DNA of 64,000 nt from an uncultured Verrucomicrobiota bacterium (GCA_964582645.1 CAZOTB010000002.1:12777-76776); one strand, 5' to 3'; counted from the stretch's first letter, positions 1 through 10,129 are shown. Translations and numbers: made by a program. The notes: generated by a model not told the origin, from the sequence alone.

Positions 1-240
1 GAGGAGGGACTCAACTATCTGTGTGCCGGGTACAAGCGGTTTTTCAATCATGTGGACCCGTACATGAAAACGATGTCGGAATTGTTGCGCGCCGGTCGCG
101 CCGCAGCGGAGATCGTAGATATGGTCGCGCGACAGGAGCAGTCCCCTCGTTCCCACAGAGCCATGCTCAATGATCCGTGCCCGTGTGGGAGCGGAAGGAA
201 ATACAAGAAGTGCTGCGGCTCGGGCCAGCGGAAGCCTTGA
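1..240 (+). CDS. SEC-C motif domain protein, C-terminal fragment (5' end lies outside window)
   Basis: Frame 1 is open from base 1 to the TGA at 238-240. The C-terminus ends in the SecA-type zinc-binding motif [14 protein letters not shown]. Track ORF 52..240 is only the in-window tail. Confidence 0.5.
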   Translation, partial: EEGLNYLCAGYKRFFNHVDPYMKTMSELLRAGRAAAEIVDMVARQEQSPRSHRAMLNDPCPCGSGRKYKKCCGSGQRKP

Positions 241-279
241 TTCCCCGCGCGGAATCGCTTACACGCAACATCCACCTCC

Positions 280-1797
280 ATGAAGAAGATCGCCCTCGTC
301 GGTTTCCTCCACGAAGCGCACAGCTTCGCGACGCAACTCACCAGCCTCGACCGTTTTCGCGAGCACCATTTTGCTTTCGGTCGCGAGGAGATGCGGAAGG
401 CAGCCGGCGTGTCCACGGAAACCGCCGGTGTGTTCGACACCGCGGAGAAACTCGGCTTTGAGCTCAAGCCGCTTTTCTACGCCTTTCCACTGCCCGGCGG
501 CATCATCACCGCCGATGCCTTCGAGTTTTTCCGCCAGAAGCTCGTCGAGGGACTCAAGGCAAACGCGCCGCTCGATGGCGTGATCCTGAACCTGCACGGC
601 GCCATGGTCGCCCAGAACGCGCCCGATGCAGAAGGCGAGTTTGCCCGGATCGCGCGCGCAACTGTCGGGCCGAACGTGCCGATCGTTTCCACACTTGATT
701 GCCATGGCAACGTCAGCGAGTTGATGGTGCGTTCGACCAACGCGTTGATCCCGTACGACACCAACCCGCACACCGACTGCTATCACCGTGGCGTGCAGGC
801 GGCGCAGTTGATGAAGGACATGCTCGACGGGAACGTGAAGCCGGTGACCGCGCTGGTGAAGCCGCCGCTGATCCCGATCCCGCAAAAGCAAAACTCCGCG
901 CAATCCCCGTGGCGGGACATCTGGTCGCTGGCGTTCGAGTTGGAGAAGCGACCGGGCGTGATCAACGTCGGCGTGCTGCCCGGGTTCAGTTATTCCGACG
1001 TGCCCGAGGTCGGCGTGAGCATCCTTGCAATCACGAACAACGATCCCAAACTCGCCCGCGAGATCGGCGAGGCTGTCGCGCGCAAAGCCTGGGAGTTGCG
1101 CGAGCAGTTCGTTCCGAGATTCCCAAAACCGGCCGAGGCGGTGCAGATGGCGATCCATGAGTCGAAATGGCCGGTCATTCTCGTGGACACCGGCGACAAC
1201 GTCGGCGGCGGCAGCGCGGCGGATGGAACGGTGTTGCTCTATCAATTGCTCCGCCAGAACGCCCGCGACGCGGTGATGATCATCCGCGACGCCGAGGTCG
1301 TCGAGAAATGCTTCGCGGCGGGCGTGAACGGCACCGTGAGCGCCAGTGTGGGTGCCAAGACCGACAAACTCCACGGCGAGCCTGTGTACGTGACTGGTCG
1401 CGTGAAGTTGCTGAGCGATGGCCGCTACATCAATCGCGGCCCGATGCACGGCATGGCGGAAGGGGTCGAGTGGCAGATGGGACGGTGCGCGGTGCTTGAG
1501 TGCCGGGGCGTCACGCTGCTGTTGACCGAGAACCGCGTCATGCCGATGAACATCTACCAGCTTCGCAGCCAGGGCATTCAACCCGAGTACTGCAAAATCA
1601 TCGTCGTCAAAGCCGCTGTGGCATTTCGGGCTTCATACGAGCCGGTCGCCGCGAAGATCATCGAGGTGGACACCCCCGGCCTGACCGCGGTGGATTTGGC
1701 GAAGTTCCCTTTTCGAAATCTGAAGCGCCGCTTGTTTCCGCTCCACGTGGATGCGACGTGGGAGGGTACCGAAGTTTTCGTGGAACCTGGAGCGTAA
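280..1797 (+). CDS. MlrC-family (M81) metallopeptidase-like protein, microcystinase C-like
   Basis: 505-aa ORF with an ATG start at 280. Length and sequence are typical of the DUF1485/MlrC C-terminal family. Confidence 0.75.
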   Translation: MKKIALVGFLHEAHSFATQLTSLDRFREHHFAFGREEMRKAAGVSTETAGVFDTAEKLGFELKPLFYAFPLPGGIITADAFEFFRQKLVEGLKANAPLDGVILNLHGAMVAQNAPDAEGEFARIARATVGPNVPIVSTLDCHGNVSELMVRSTNALIPYDTNPHTDCYHRGVQAAQLMKDMLDGNVKPVTALVKPPLIPIPQKQNSAQSPWRDIWSLAFELEKRPGVINVGVLPGFSYSDVPEVGVSILAITNNDPKLAREIGEAVARKAWELREQFVPRFPKPAEAVQMAIHESKWPVILVDTGDNVGGGSAADGTVLLYQLLRQNARDAVMIIRDAEVVEKCFAAGVNGTVSASVGAKTDKLHGEPVYVTGRVKLLSDGRYINRGPMHGMAEGVEWQMGRCAVLECRGVTLLLTENRVMPMNIYQLRSQGIQPEYCKIIVVKAAVAFRASYEPVAAKIIEVDTPGLTAVDLAKFPFRNLKRRLFPLHVDATWEGTEVFVEPGA

Positions 1798-1907
1798 GGC
1801 GTGGAGCCAGTGTCGCTCCGGATTCCAGATTTCACCGACACCCCGCCGCGAAAAATCGTGACGATCCGCCGGCGATTGGTGTAAGAATCCCGCGTCGAGG
1901 CGACGTC

Positions 1908-2528
1908 ATGTCTGAATCCACCGAAGACGTCAGGAAATGTCCCGATTGCGGACAGATGATCCGCAAGGAGGCCACGTTCTGTCGCCATTGCGGTTACTCG
2001 TTCGAACCAAGAAAATCCCCTCAATCTCCCCCCATGAGCACATCTACCCGCCCGGCCACCCCGGCGCCGACCGCGCAACCTGCCCGCTCCAAACAGAGCG
2101 TGATGCTCACATTGTTCATCGTCCTCTGCCTTTGCATCATCTCCGTCTTCGCGGTGTATATGGCCACGAGTCAGGGCGATCCCGGCGAACGCGCGGACAA
2201 GGAGTTTCGCAAGCAACTGGGCCACTCGCTCGGCATCGCGGGATTCGACGCCGTGGCGACCGCGTCGAACGGCGTGTGCGTGATCGAGTATCAAGAACCT
2301 TTGCCGCGGGAGATTGCCGATTCCATTGCCCGAATGAGCGCGGGGATTTACTCGCAGGTGCGGCGCCGTCATGGAAGCGAGCCATCGGTGACCGTCGAGG
2401 TCTTTGTGCGGGGCAACAAGGTGGCCGAGGCGGCCTCGGAGAGCGGCGACGTGGATTGGCGCGGCGAACTTCAGAAGCTGGGCGAAGTGGCGCGTCAGGC
2501 AGAGAAGCAGGCGACCTCACCCCGGTAG
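1908..2528 (+). CDS. zinc-ribbon membrane protein, hypothetical
   Basis: In-frame ATG at 1908 inside track ORF 1500..2528. N-terminal CPDCG...CRHCG zinc ribbon, one predicted TM helix (LTLFIVLCLCIISVFAVYMA), then a soluble C-terminal domain. Confidence 0.5.
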   Translation: MSESTEDVRKCPDCGQMIRKEATFCRHCGYSFEPRKSPQSPPMSTSTRPATPAPTAQPARSKQSVMLTLFIVLCLCIISVFAVYMATSQGDPGERADKEFRKQLGHSLGIAGFDAVATASNGVCVIEYQEPLPREIADSIARMSAGIYSQVRRRHGSEPSVTVEVFVRGNKVAEAASESGDVDWRGELQKLGEVARQAEKQATSPR

Positions 2529-2555
2529 CGGGAATGCGGGCGGATCCCGCCCGGC

Positions 2556-3461
2556 TCAGGCGGACACCACGGACGGCAGTTTCTTTCCTTTTTCCGCAAC
2601 CTTCGCCTTCGTCTCCGCCTGCAACTGGTAGAGCGATTTCGTTTTCTTGCTGATCTTGGGGACGAATGGGGGCGGCCCGCCGAATCGCGCAAATCGCGCC
2701 GGCTTGCCGCGCAGGTGATGCACGAACGATTCGTCCTGCACGATCTTCTCACCGTAATAGATCGGGAACGAATCGGCCGCGCGATACTCGAAGATCAACG
2801 TGCGGCGCGCCTTGTCCGACCGGTTCGGCAACGAGGCGTGCGGTGTCAGGCAATGCATGAAGATCGCGCTCCCTGCCGGCGCGGCAAGCGGCACCGGCTT
2901 GCCGAAGCGTCCGCCGTCGAGATCTTCGGTGATCATGCCGGCAAACTCACCGTCGTCCGTCCAGTGGCTGAAGAGATGGTAGTGATGCCGGGGGATGATT
3001 TGCAGACAGCCGTTCTGCTCGGTCGCGTCGTCGAGATACACCAGCGTGGTGACGATGTCGTCGTTGGTGTGCGGGAAATAACTGAGGTCCTGATGCCAGT
3101 CCACCACCGAACCGACCTTGGCAGGCTTCATGTTGAGCTTGCTGTGCTGGATGCCGAAGCTCGGGCCGATGAGGGATTCAATCTTGTCGAGCAAGCGCGG
3201 ATCGGTGCCGAGGGCGCGAAACGTTTCGTGTTGTTCGAACGGGTTGTAGATGCGTCGCGGGACGCGCTCGCCGTTGATGGGTTCGGGCTCCAGTTCGAGC
3301 ACTTTGCTGAAATCGCCCCCTGCGAGCGCCTGTTTCGTCAGGTCACGGATGGTCTGATCCACTTTCTTGAGGTCGCTCGGATCGTACACTCGCTCGACGA
3401 CCACGTAGCCTTCGGTTTTGTAGAACTGAACCTGTTCCGGCGTGAGAGAAAACTTGTTCAT
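2556..3461 (-). CDS. phytanoyl-CoA dioxygenase (PhyH) family Fe(II)/2OG oxygenase
   Basis: ATG at complement 3459-3461 (MNKFSLTPEQVQFY). The HQD...H motif region is typical of PhyH. The 452-aa track ORF is an R/S-rich N-terminal over-extension. Confidence 0.8.
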   Translation of the reverse strand: MNKFSLTPEQVQFYKTEGYVVVERVYDPSDLKKVDQTIRDLTKQALAGGDFSKVLELEPEPINGERVPRRIYNPFEQHETFRALGTDPRLLDKIESLIGPSFGIQHSKLNMKPAKVGSVVDWHQDLSYFPHTNDDIVTTLVYLDDATEQNGCLQIIPRHHYHLFSHWTDDGEFAGMITEDLDGGRFGKPVPLAAPAGSAIFMHCLTPHASLPNRSDKARRTLIFEYRAADSFPIYYGEKIVQDESFVHHLRGKPARFARFGGPPPFVPKISKKTKSLYQLQAETKAKVAEKGKKLPSVVSA

Positions 3462-3528
3462 GGTGTGCCCCGTTACGCAAAGACGGTAACGGATTTCTCC
3501 GCCAAGACAAGCCGCAAGATGGGTGCGA

Positions 3529-4257
3529 TCAACTGTCCCGCAACTGATACGCGATGGCGTAGGCGCACTTGTGCGCGCCGCTGCGGTTGGTCTCGGCGCG
3601 ATGCCAGGTGTAGTTGGTGAAGAACGCCGCATCGCCCGGCGACATGGGGAGCAGCACTTCCTTCGAGAAATCAATCTGGTTGCGCGGAATCCGAAACCGC
3701 TGAAACGCCACGCCGTTGCTCGCGCTGTGGAAACTCGGTTCGTCGTAATACTGCTCGTGCGGCGTGAGTGTCCACGACTTGTGCGTGCCGGGGAGGATGG
3801 CCAGCGCGATGGCATCCTTGCCCACCTCGTCGAGCGCGATCCAGGAGTTGCAGCCCAGCTCGGGTTTGATGTGCCAGTAGTATGAGTCCTGATGGTAGAA
3901 CGATTGGCCGTCAATGGCCTTGTTCTTGATTAACGCCTGGTCCGTGAACCGTTTGACCGGCCCGCCGAGTAGTTGCGACATCGCGCCTTGCAGGTTGGGA
4001 TGGTCGGCGATGTGGCGAAAGACATCTTCATTCTTTGCCGGCTGTTGTACGCCGACGGGAATCATTTGTCCCCTGGCGTTCCGATACTTTGCGGGATCGA
4101 GCACTTGGAAGTGGGTCTTGCCCCATTCCGGCGAATCCTCGAGCAACTCCATGAGCCGGTTGCGGACGCGCGCCGCTTCTTCGCGCGAAATCAGGCCCCG
4201 CACGACTGTGTAGCCTTCCTCCTTGTACTGCTGCAATTGTGCTCCAGTGAGATTCAT
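3529..4257 (-). CDS. phytanoyl-CoA dioxygenase (PhyH) family protein, paralog
   Basis: 242-aa ORF showing PhyH-family similarity (HQDSYYW...H). It is tandem to the previous gene. Confidence 0.75.
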   Translation of the reverse strand: MNLTGAQLQQYKEEGYTVVRGLISREEAARVRNRLMELLEDSPEWGKTHFQVLDPAKYRNARGQMIPVGVQQPAKNEDVFRHIADHPNLQGAMSQLLGGPVKRFTDQALIKNKAIDGQSFYHQDSYYWHIKPELGCNSWIALDEVGKDAIALAILPGTHKSWTLTPHEQYYDEPSFHSASNGVAFQRFRIPRNQIDFSKEVLLPMSPGDAAFFTNYTWHRAETNRSGAHKCAYAIAYQLRDS

Positions 4258-4330
4258 CCTGGGTGTATGCTACCGAGCGCTCGCCGAAAGAGAATGGACA
4301 GCGTCCGCTGAAAAACTGTATTTTTTCAAC

Positions 4331-5197
4331 ATGCCCAAACGCCCGCCCATTCGCCCGCCGCGATTGCTGTTCGAGACGCGGCTTGGCTTGCGCCTGTTGT
4401 ACTGCGGACGGTTCGTCTGCAAACCCGACTGGCGGATCGAGTCGGACCGTCTCCCGAGCGGCATGATCGGATTTTTCTTCCTCGAACGGAACGGGTGCTG
4501 GTCGGAGGTCAACGGTCGGCGGTTGACCTTGAACGAGGGCGACCTGCAGGTGTTGCGCGCGGGCGACCTGCTCCGCATGGGGCACAACCCCGCCCGTCCA
4601 ATCACCGCATTGAGTCTCTCGCTCGCAGTCGAACAGGGAGTCGTGCCGAACATTCTGCTCCAGCGGAAGTTTGCCCGTCGTTACCGGATTCGCAATCGGC
4701 GCCGGTACGTGGAGTTGTTCGATGCGGTTCTGACCTCCTTGCAAAGTCCGCTCACCGTCCGCGATTGGGCCGTGTCGGGCGCCGTGCTGCAGTGGTTGGC
4801 GTACCTGCTCGACGAAACCGGCGCGCCGCTCTCCCCGCACACGGACCTGGCGGAGGGCACGATGGATCGGGTGTTGTTGGCCCAAGCCTGGGCCAGTGCC
4901 CGGCTTGCCGAGGTGCTGACTCTTGACGCGTGGGCGAAATCAGTCGGCTGGCATCCCGTTCACTTCGAGCGCGTGTTCAAACAGGAGACCGGCCTCACCC
5001 CGATGCGCTGGATCGAGGAGCGGCGCATGGAAGCGGCAAGACAATACCTCAGCGGTACCGCCAAGACCGTTGCCGAAATCGCCGAGGCGGTCGGATATCC
5101 CGATCCATTCTACTTCTCTCGCGTGTTCCGCAAACACTATGGTCACCCCCCGCTGCGGTACCGCAAGCTGGGCTTCGGTCTCAAGACGATGCCGTGA
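4331..5197 (+). CDS. AraC-family transcriptional regulator
   Basis: ATG at 4331 (MPKRPPIRPP). C-terminal AraC HTH (...AEIAEAVGYPDPFYFSRVFRKHYGHPPLRYR). Divergent from the PhyH pair. Confidence 0.7.
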   Translation: MPKRPPIRPPRLLFETRLGLRLLYCGRFVCKPDWRIESDRLPSGMIGFFFLERNGCWSEVNGRRLTLNEGDLQVLRAGDLLRMGHNPARPITALSLSLAVEQGVVPNILLQRKFARRYRIRNRRRYVELFDAVLTSLQSPLTVRDWAVSGAVLQWLAYLLDETGAPLSPHTDLAEGTMDRVLLAQAWASARLAEVLTLDAWAKSVGWHPVHFERVFKQETGLTPMRWIEERRMEAARQYLSGTAKTVAEIAEAVGYPDPFYFSRVFRKHYGHPPLRYRKLGFGLKTMP

Positions 5198-5873
5198 TTC
5201 GGCGCGCCCGATCCCGCAGGCGTTGAGGCACGGTTTCATCCAGCCAGAAGTAGTGCGCGGGAACGAATAGCTCGACATCAAAACCGACCAGCTTGCAGAG
5301 CGAGACTCTTACTTGCGCGGAGTCGTCGTTGAAAATCGGCGGCGGAAGCGCGATCCGCCATGAAACGGCAAAGACATCGCCGATGAAGAATACGCGTTTG
5401 GACTTCGAGTAGTAACCGATGTGCCCGTTGGTGTGGCCGGGGAGGGAAACGACGCGCAAGCCGCCCCAGAACGGAAGCTCGTCCCCGTCGCGCAGCCAGA
5501 CATCCACCTGGGGTACACGATAGCGCAGAGCGGCCCGACCCACTGCCTCCATCGCGTCGCACACGCGCGCAACGCCCCGGTAAGGATGGCGTCCCGCAAG
5601 ATGCAATTCATCGCCAACAGGCGCGTAGAGCTTCGCGCCGCTCCATTGTTGGAGGCGTGATGCGTTGAGAGTGTGATCAAGATGACCGTGGGTCAGGAGG
5701 ATGGCCTTGAGATCGGACGGGCTTCGACCGAGCGAGGTGATGGCGCGTTGAACGCGGCGGAAATCACCTATCAACCCGGTGTCCACCAACACCAGCTCGC
5801 TGTCGCTGACCAACAAATGCGTCAACACGCCCCAGCCGCGCACGGCGAAGAGATCAGGACGAAGCTGTTTCAC
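5181..5873 (-). CDS. MBL-fold metallo-hydrolase
   Basis: THGHLDHT (HxHxDH) motif. Confidence 0.75.
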   Translation of the reverse strand: MKQLRPDLFAVRGWGVLTHLLVSDSELVLVDTGLIGDFRRVQRAITSLGRSPSDLKAILLTHGHLDHTLNASRLQQWSGAKLYAPVGDELHLAGRHPYRGVARVCDAMEAVGRAALRYRVPQVDVWLRDGDELPFWGGLRVVSLPGHTNGHIGYYSKSKRVFFIGDVFAVSWRIALPPPIFNDDSAQVRVSLCKLVGFDVELFVPAHYFWLDETVPQRLRDRARRITASS

Positions 5874-6786
5874 GATGCGCTCGAATCACAGCGCCGTGAC
5901 GAAGGTTGCGGGCGCTGACGGTGATCTCGGAACTGCCAAGCGCCTGAATCCCTGTCACCAGAATGATCGTGCCCGCGACGATGATATCGGCGCGGCTGGG
6001 CGGAAGGCCGCGGAGTTGTTTGCGTTCGGCGAGCGGCATGGCGGCAAGCCGATCACGAAATTCGACTAGACGCTCCAGGCTGAAACGATGGCCGTCAATC
6101 GCCTTCGGTGCCGGCAACTCCAGTTTGAGATCCATCGAAGCGAGACAACTGATCGTGCCACCGGTGCCGAGGAGAGGAAATAAAGTGCTTGAGTGCCGAA
6201 GTGCTTGAGTGTTTGAGTGCAACGCTTGCAGCACGTGTTTTGTCATCGCAGACAGTTCGGCGTGCGAAGGCGGGTCGGATTTCATGAACAGTTCCGTCAT
6301 CCGCACGGCGCCGCAGTTGAGGCTCACCTTGAACTCGATGTGGCCGTGTCTGCCTCGGATGAACTCCATGCTGCCGCCGCCGATGTCGAATACGATTACC
6401 TCTCGGTCACGAAGTCCGGGATGGCTGGTGGCGCCGGTAAAGATCAGATCGGCTTCCTCGTTGCCGGAAAGAACACGGCAGTCGAAGCCCATCCGCTGGC
6501 GAAACGCGTCGAGGAAGGCGTCGCGATTCGACGCGTCGCGGACGGCGCTGGTGGCGAACGCGAGGAAACGCTCGGCCTTACGCTTCCGTGCTTGATCGCA
6601 GAAATCCTCGATCACTGCCAGCGTGCGTGAGATCGCTTCGGGGAGCAGATGCCCGTTGCTCGATACGCCCTGGCCGATGCGCGTGGTCTCGCTTGTTTCG
6701 AGCACCGGTCGCAGATCATTGCCGGCGCAGTCGGCCACCAGCAGTTTGACGGTGTTGGTGCCGATGTCGAGGACGGCGTAACGCAC
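5854..6786 (-). CDS. Ppx/GppA-family exopolyphosphatase / guanosine pentaphosphate phosphohydrolase
   Basis: N-terminal AVLDIGTNTVKLLV plus DIGGGS actin-like ATPase motifs of the Ppx/GppA family. Confidence 0.8.
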   Translation of the reverse strand: MRYAVLDIGTNTVKLLVADCAGNDLRPVLETSETTRIGQGVSSNGHLLPEAISRTLAVIEDFCDQARKRKAERFLAFATSAVRDASNRDAFLDAFRQRMGFDCRVLSGNEEADLIFTGATSHPGLRDREVIVFDIGGGSMEFIRGRHGHIEFKVSLNCGAVRMTELFMKSDPPSHAELSAMTKHVLQALHSNTQALRHSSTLFPLLGTGGTISCLASMDLKLELPAPKAIDGHRFSLERLVEFRDRLAAMPLAERKQLRGLPPSRADIIVAGTIILVTGIQALGSSEITVSARNLRHGAVIRAHRETASS

Positions 6787-6788
6787 GA

Positions 6789-7187
6789 TTAGCGACGCGC
6801 TTTGAGCACCTTCTGCGCTTTGTGGTTGTCGGACGTGCGCAACACGACCAGCGCCTGACCGCCCGCGTGACCGCCCGTGGCGTAGAGATACTCAATGTTG
6901 ATGCCCGCTTGGCCCAGGGCAGTCGCCGCCCGCCCGATCGCGCCCGGCTTGTCGGAGAGTTTCACGCACAACACATTGTGCGTGCCCACGTCGAGCCGGT
7001 GTTTCTTCAACACTGCCATCGCCTTGTTCGCGTCGGACGGGACAAGGCGGACGATGTTGTGGTCGAGTCCGCCCCCGGCATCGAGCGAGAGCAGGTTGAC
7101 GCCCTTGGCCGCCATGGCGGAGGTCACTTTGCCAAGCGTCCCGGGTCGGTTTGGCAGAACAAACGACAATTCTTTCTGAATGCTCAT
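6789..7187 (-). CDS. ACT domain-containing protein
   Basis: ATG at complement 7185-7187 (MSIQKELSF) with an AAGGA element upstream. Two ACT-like halves. Immediately upstream of ppx, so probably an operon. Confidence 0.6.
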   Translation of the reverse strand: MSIQKELSFVLPNRPGTLGKVTSAMAAKGVNLLSLDAGGGLDHNIVRLVPSDANKAMAVLKKHRLDVGTHNVLCVKLSDKPGAIGRAATALGQAGINIEYLYATGGHAGGQALVVLRTSDNHKAQKVLKARR

Positions 7188-7320
7188 GATGGATTCCTTC
7201 CTCTGAATGTCACCCGGGGCGACTGTAGTGAGGGTGACCGGCTGGGGCAAGCGCGAATCCATTGAGCGAGTGGGGTTGAGTTTTGTCCAATTTGGTGTCA
7301 TAAGTGACCACCAAATTCCG

Positions 7321-9477
7321 ATGAGCAGAAGTCTGGGACGAATCTTCAGTGCGGGGGTGGCGGTTTTCCTCTGGATTGCCATCCTGCCGCTCCATGCCGA
7401 AATCGGGCCGACGGTCGAGTCGGGCCAGGTCGCGCAGGCGGTGGCGGCGCTTCTTGAGAAGAACCACTACAGCGGGCAAGCTTTGAACGACGAGGTCTCG
7501 CGACAGGTGTTCACAAACTACCTCGATGCGCTCGATCGCGACCATCTGATCTTCCTGCAGTCGGACGTGGATCGGTTCAGCGAGTTTGCGACCACCCTCG
7601 ATGACCACCTGATGGTGGGCAACCTGCGACCCGCGTTCGAGATTTTTGGCGTTTATACCAATCGCGTCGAGCAGTTCGTCGAGGCAGCCAAGGAGTTGGT
7701 GAAGGAAGAATTTCGGTTTGATGAGAACGATTCGATCCTGATTGACCGCAAGGAAGCGCCGCGGCCGAAGGACGAAGCCGAGGCGCGCCGGCTCCTGCGC
7801 CAACGTGTGAAGTTCCAGTTGCTCGAGGAACGGCTTGGGAAGGAAAAACCCGAGGAAGCGAAATCCATCGTGACCCGCCGGTACGAGCGCCTGGCGCGGA
7901 CAGTGCGCGAGGCGGACACGGAGTTCGTGCTCGATGTGTATCTGAACGCGTTCAGCCAGGCGTACGATCCGCATTCGCAGTACATGACGCCGTCGTCGCT
8001 CGACAATTTCACCATCAACATGCGGCTGTCGCTGACAGGCATCGGCGCGGTGCTGCGTTCGGATGACGGTTACGCCAAGATCGTCGAAATCATCCCGGGA
8101 GGTCCGGCCGACCTCGACAAGAAGCTGAAGCCCAACGATCGCATCTGCGCCGTGGCGCAGGGCGACGGCGAGTGGGTGGACGTGGTGGACATGAAGTTGA
8201 ACAAGGTGGTCGAGATGATCCGAGGGCCGAAGGGAACGGTTGTCCGGCTCAAACTCATCCCGGCGGACGCGTCGGATTCGTCGGTGCGTTCCGAACTGCG
8301 GCTGACGCGCGATGAGATCAAGCTCACCGAGCAGGAGGCGAAGGCGAAGATCGTCGAGAAAGCGGACGGAAACGGGAGGCTGCTGCGGTTGGGTTACATC
8401 GATTTGCCGTCGTTCTACGTGGACACGAAAAAGGGGCCGAACGCGAAGAGTTCGACGCGGGACGTGGCGAGGCTGCTGGAGAAGTTGAAGGCGGAGAAGG
8501 TGGACGGATTGGTGATGGACTTGCGCCGGAACAACGGCGGGTCGCTCACGGAGGCGATCTCGCTGACGGGCTTGTTCATCAAGGAGGGGCCGGTCGTGCA
8601 GGTCAAGGACTCGCATGGCAGGCAGATCACGCAACGCGACGACGACAGCGGGATCGCGTATGAAGGGCCGATGGTGGTGCTGGTGAGCCATCTCAGCGCG
8701 TCGGCGGCGGAGATTTTCTCGGCGGCATTGCAGGATTACGCGCGCGCGTTGATCGTGGGCGCGCAGAGCACGTTCGGCAAGGGAACGGTGCAACAGATTT
8801 TCGAACTGGATCGGGTGGTGGGATTTCGGAAGCCCACGAAAGATTCGAGCGGGGCGCTGAAATTGACGATCCAGAAGTTCTATCGCATCTCCGGCGGCTC
8901 CACGCAGGTGCGCGGCGTCGTTCCCGACATCCAGTTGCCCTCGGTGTTGGACAGCAGTCCCGTGGGCGAAGCGACGCTTCCGCATGCGTTGCCGTACGAC
9001 GAGGTGAAACGATCCGATTATCGTTCGTGGGGACTCGTGGGCGAGCATCTGTCGGAACTGCGGTTGCGTTGTGCGAAGCGGATTCTGAACAACGTGGAGT
9101 TCCGGTACGTGCGCGAGGACATGGATCTCGTGAAGAAGCGGCTCGAGGAAAAGACGGTTTCCCTGAACGAATCCAAGCGCGAGGCGGAGAAGAAAGCAAA
9201 CCTCGAGCGAAGGGAAGCGCGAAAGAAAGAACGACTAACGCGCAAGGATGAGCCATTGAAGGCCACCGAGATCACGCTGGCCACGCTCGACGGAAAGACA
9301 AATATGGTATCGGTGGCCAGGCGCCCGGCCCCCCAATCAGCCGCGAGCGAGGATGGGAGCGCAGAGGAAGCAGAAGTCAATGAGCCGGACATGGATCCGG
9401 TCTTCCGGGAAAGCTTTGAGATTTTGACGGACTACATTACCCTGAGTTCCGTCATGACCGCACGAGTGGAGAACTGA
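7321..9477 (+). CDS. carboxy-terminal processing protease (S41 family, Prc/Tsp-like) with PDZ domain
   Basis: ATG at 7321 followed by a signal peptide. PDZ region, S41 catalytic region (GAQSTFGKGTVQ), and a long charged C-terminal tail. Confidence 0.85.
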   Translation: MSRSLGRIFSAGVAVFLWIAILPLHAEIGPTVESGQVAQAVAALLEKNHYSGQALNDEVSRQVFTNYLDALDRDHLIFLQSDVDRFSEFATTLDDHLMVGNLRPAFEIFGVYTNRVEQFVEAAKELVKEEFRFDENDSILIDRKEAPRPKDEAEARRLLRQRVKFQLLEERLGKEKPEEAKSIVTRRYERLARTVREADTEFVLDVYLNAFSQAYDPHSQYMTPSSLDNFTINMRLSLTGIGAVLRSDDGYAKIVEIIPGGPADLDKKLKPNDRICAVAQGDGEWVDVVDMKLNKVVEMIRGPKGTVVRLKLIPADASDSSVRSELRLTRDEIKLTEQEAKAKIVEKADGNGRLLRLGYIDLPSFYVDTKKGPNAKSSTRDVARLLEKLKAEKVDGLVMDLRRNNGGSLTEAISLTGLFIKEGPVVQVKDSHGRQITQRDDDSGIAYEGPMVVLVSHLSASAAEIFSAALQDYARALIVGAQSTFGKGTVQQIFELDRVVGFRKPTKDSSGALKLTIQKFYRISGGSTQVRGVVPDIQLPSVLDSSPVGEATLPHALPYDEVKRSDYRSWGLVGEHLSELRLRCAKRILNNVEFRYVREDMDLVKKRLEEKTVSLNESKREAEKKANLERREARKKERLTRKDEPLKATEITLATLDGKTNMVSVARRPAPQSAASEDGSAEEAEVNEPDMDPVFRESFEILTDYITLSSVMTARVEN

Positions 9478-9490
9478 GGAGAATACGACC

Positions 9491-10129
9491 ATGAACCAAC
9501 CAAAGATCATGTGGTGCTGCATCCTTGCCGTGGGCGTGGCGCTGACCGGGGCCTGCTCGAAACGAGAGTCTGAGCCGCCAGCGGATTCGAAAACACCGAC
9601 CACATTGGAGAAACCTGCCACACCGCCGAAGACGACCACGACCAAAGCACCTACGAGCATGCCAAAAACGACCCAGTCGGGATCAACCAAGTCCCCGATC
9701 GCGCCACCCAAGACCTCTGCAACACCACAGAAGGCATCGTCCCTCGAAAAGGCCTATCACGAAGCGCCCGATGTACGGCAGAAGACGGACATCGTATACC
9801 GGCTGGGCGATATGGGTTCGCCCGAAGCCATCCTCGCGCTGGGGCGCATCTTCGAGACGGAAGGAGACGCGGAGTTGAAGGAGAACCTTCTCACGGCGCT
9901 CTGGGTGGTGGACGGTTACGACAAGGAGAAGATCCCGATCTACGCGATGGCAGTCCAGGCGAACCAGCCCGAGGAAGTGCGCAAGGAAGCGATTGACGGG
10001 CTGGGCGACCTCGAAGTGGTGGAGGCAATTCCGGTTCTGCAGTCGTTGATAAACGACCCCAACAAGGAAATCAGCGAAGCCGCCAAGGATGCAATCGAGA
10101 CGGTTCGATCGTCCTTAAGCGACAACTGA
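9491..10129 (+). CDS. lipoprotein with HEAT/PBS-lyase-type repeats
   Basis: Signal peptide with a lipobox (LTGAC), a P/T/K-rich linker, and C-terminal HEAT-like repeats. GAGGA Shine-Dalgarno upstream. Confidence 0.6.
   Translation: MNQPKIMWCCILAVGVALTGACSKRESEPPADSKTPTTLEKPATPPKTTTTKAPTSMPKTTQSGSTKSPIAPPKTSATPQKASSLEKAYHEAPDVRQKTDIVYRLGDMGSPEAILALGRIFETEGDAELKENLLTALWVVDGYDKEKIPIYAMAVQANQPEEVRKEAIDGLGDLEVVEAIPVLQSLINDPNKEISEAAKDAIETVRSSLSDN

Noticed and set aside
259-1581. 440-aa minus-strand ORF
   Set aside because: Antisense to the well-supported MlrC-like gene. The composition is R/H/A/G-rich shadow-ORF type.
2556-3914. 452-aa track ORF for the first PhyH gene
   Set aside because: The first 151 residues are R/S/T/P-rich with no homology, typical of GC-rich over-extension. 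The conserved PhyH sequence begins at the internal ATG at 3459-3461.
7210-9048. 612-aa minus-strand ORF
   Set aside because: Entirely antisense to the S41 protease gene. Low-complexity R/L-rich translation.
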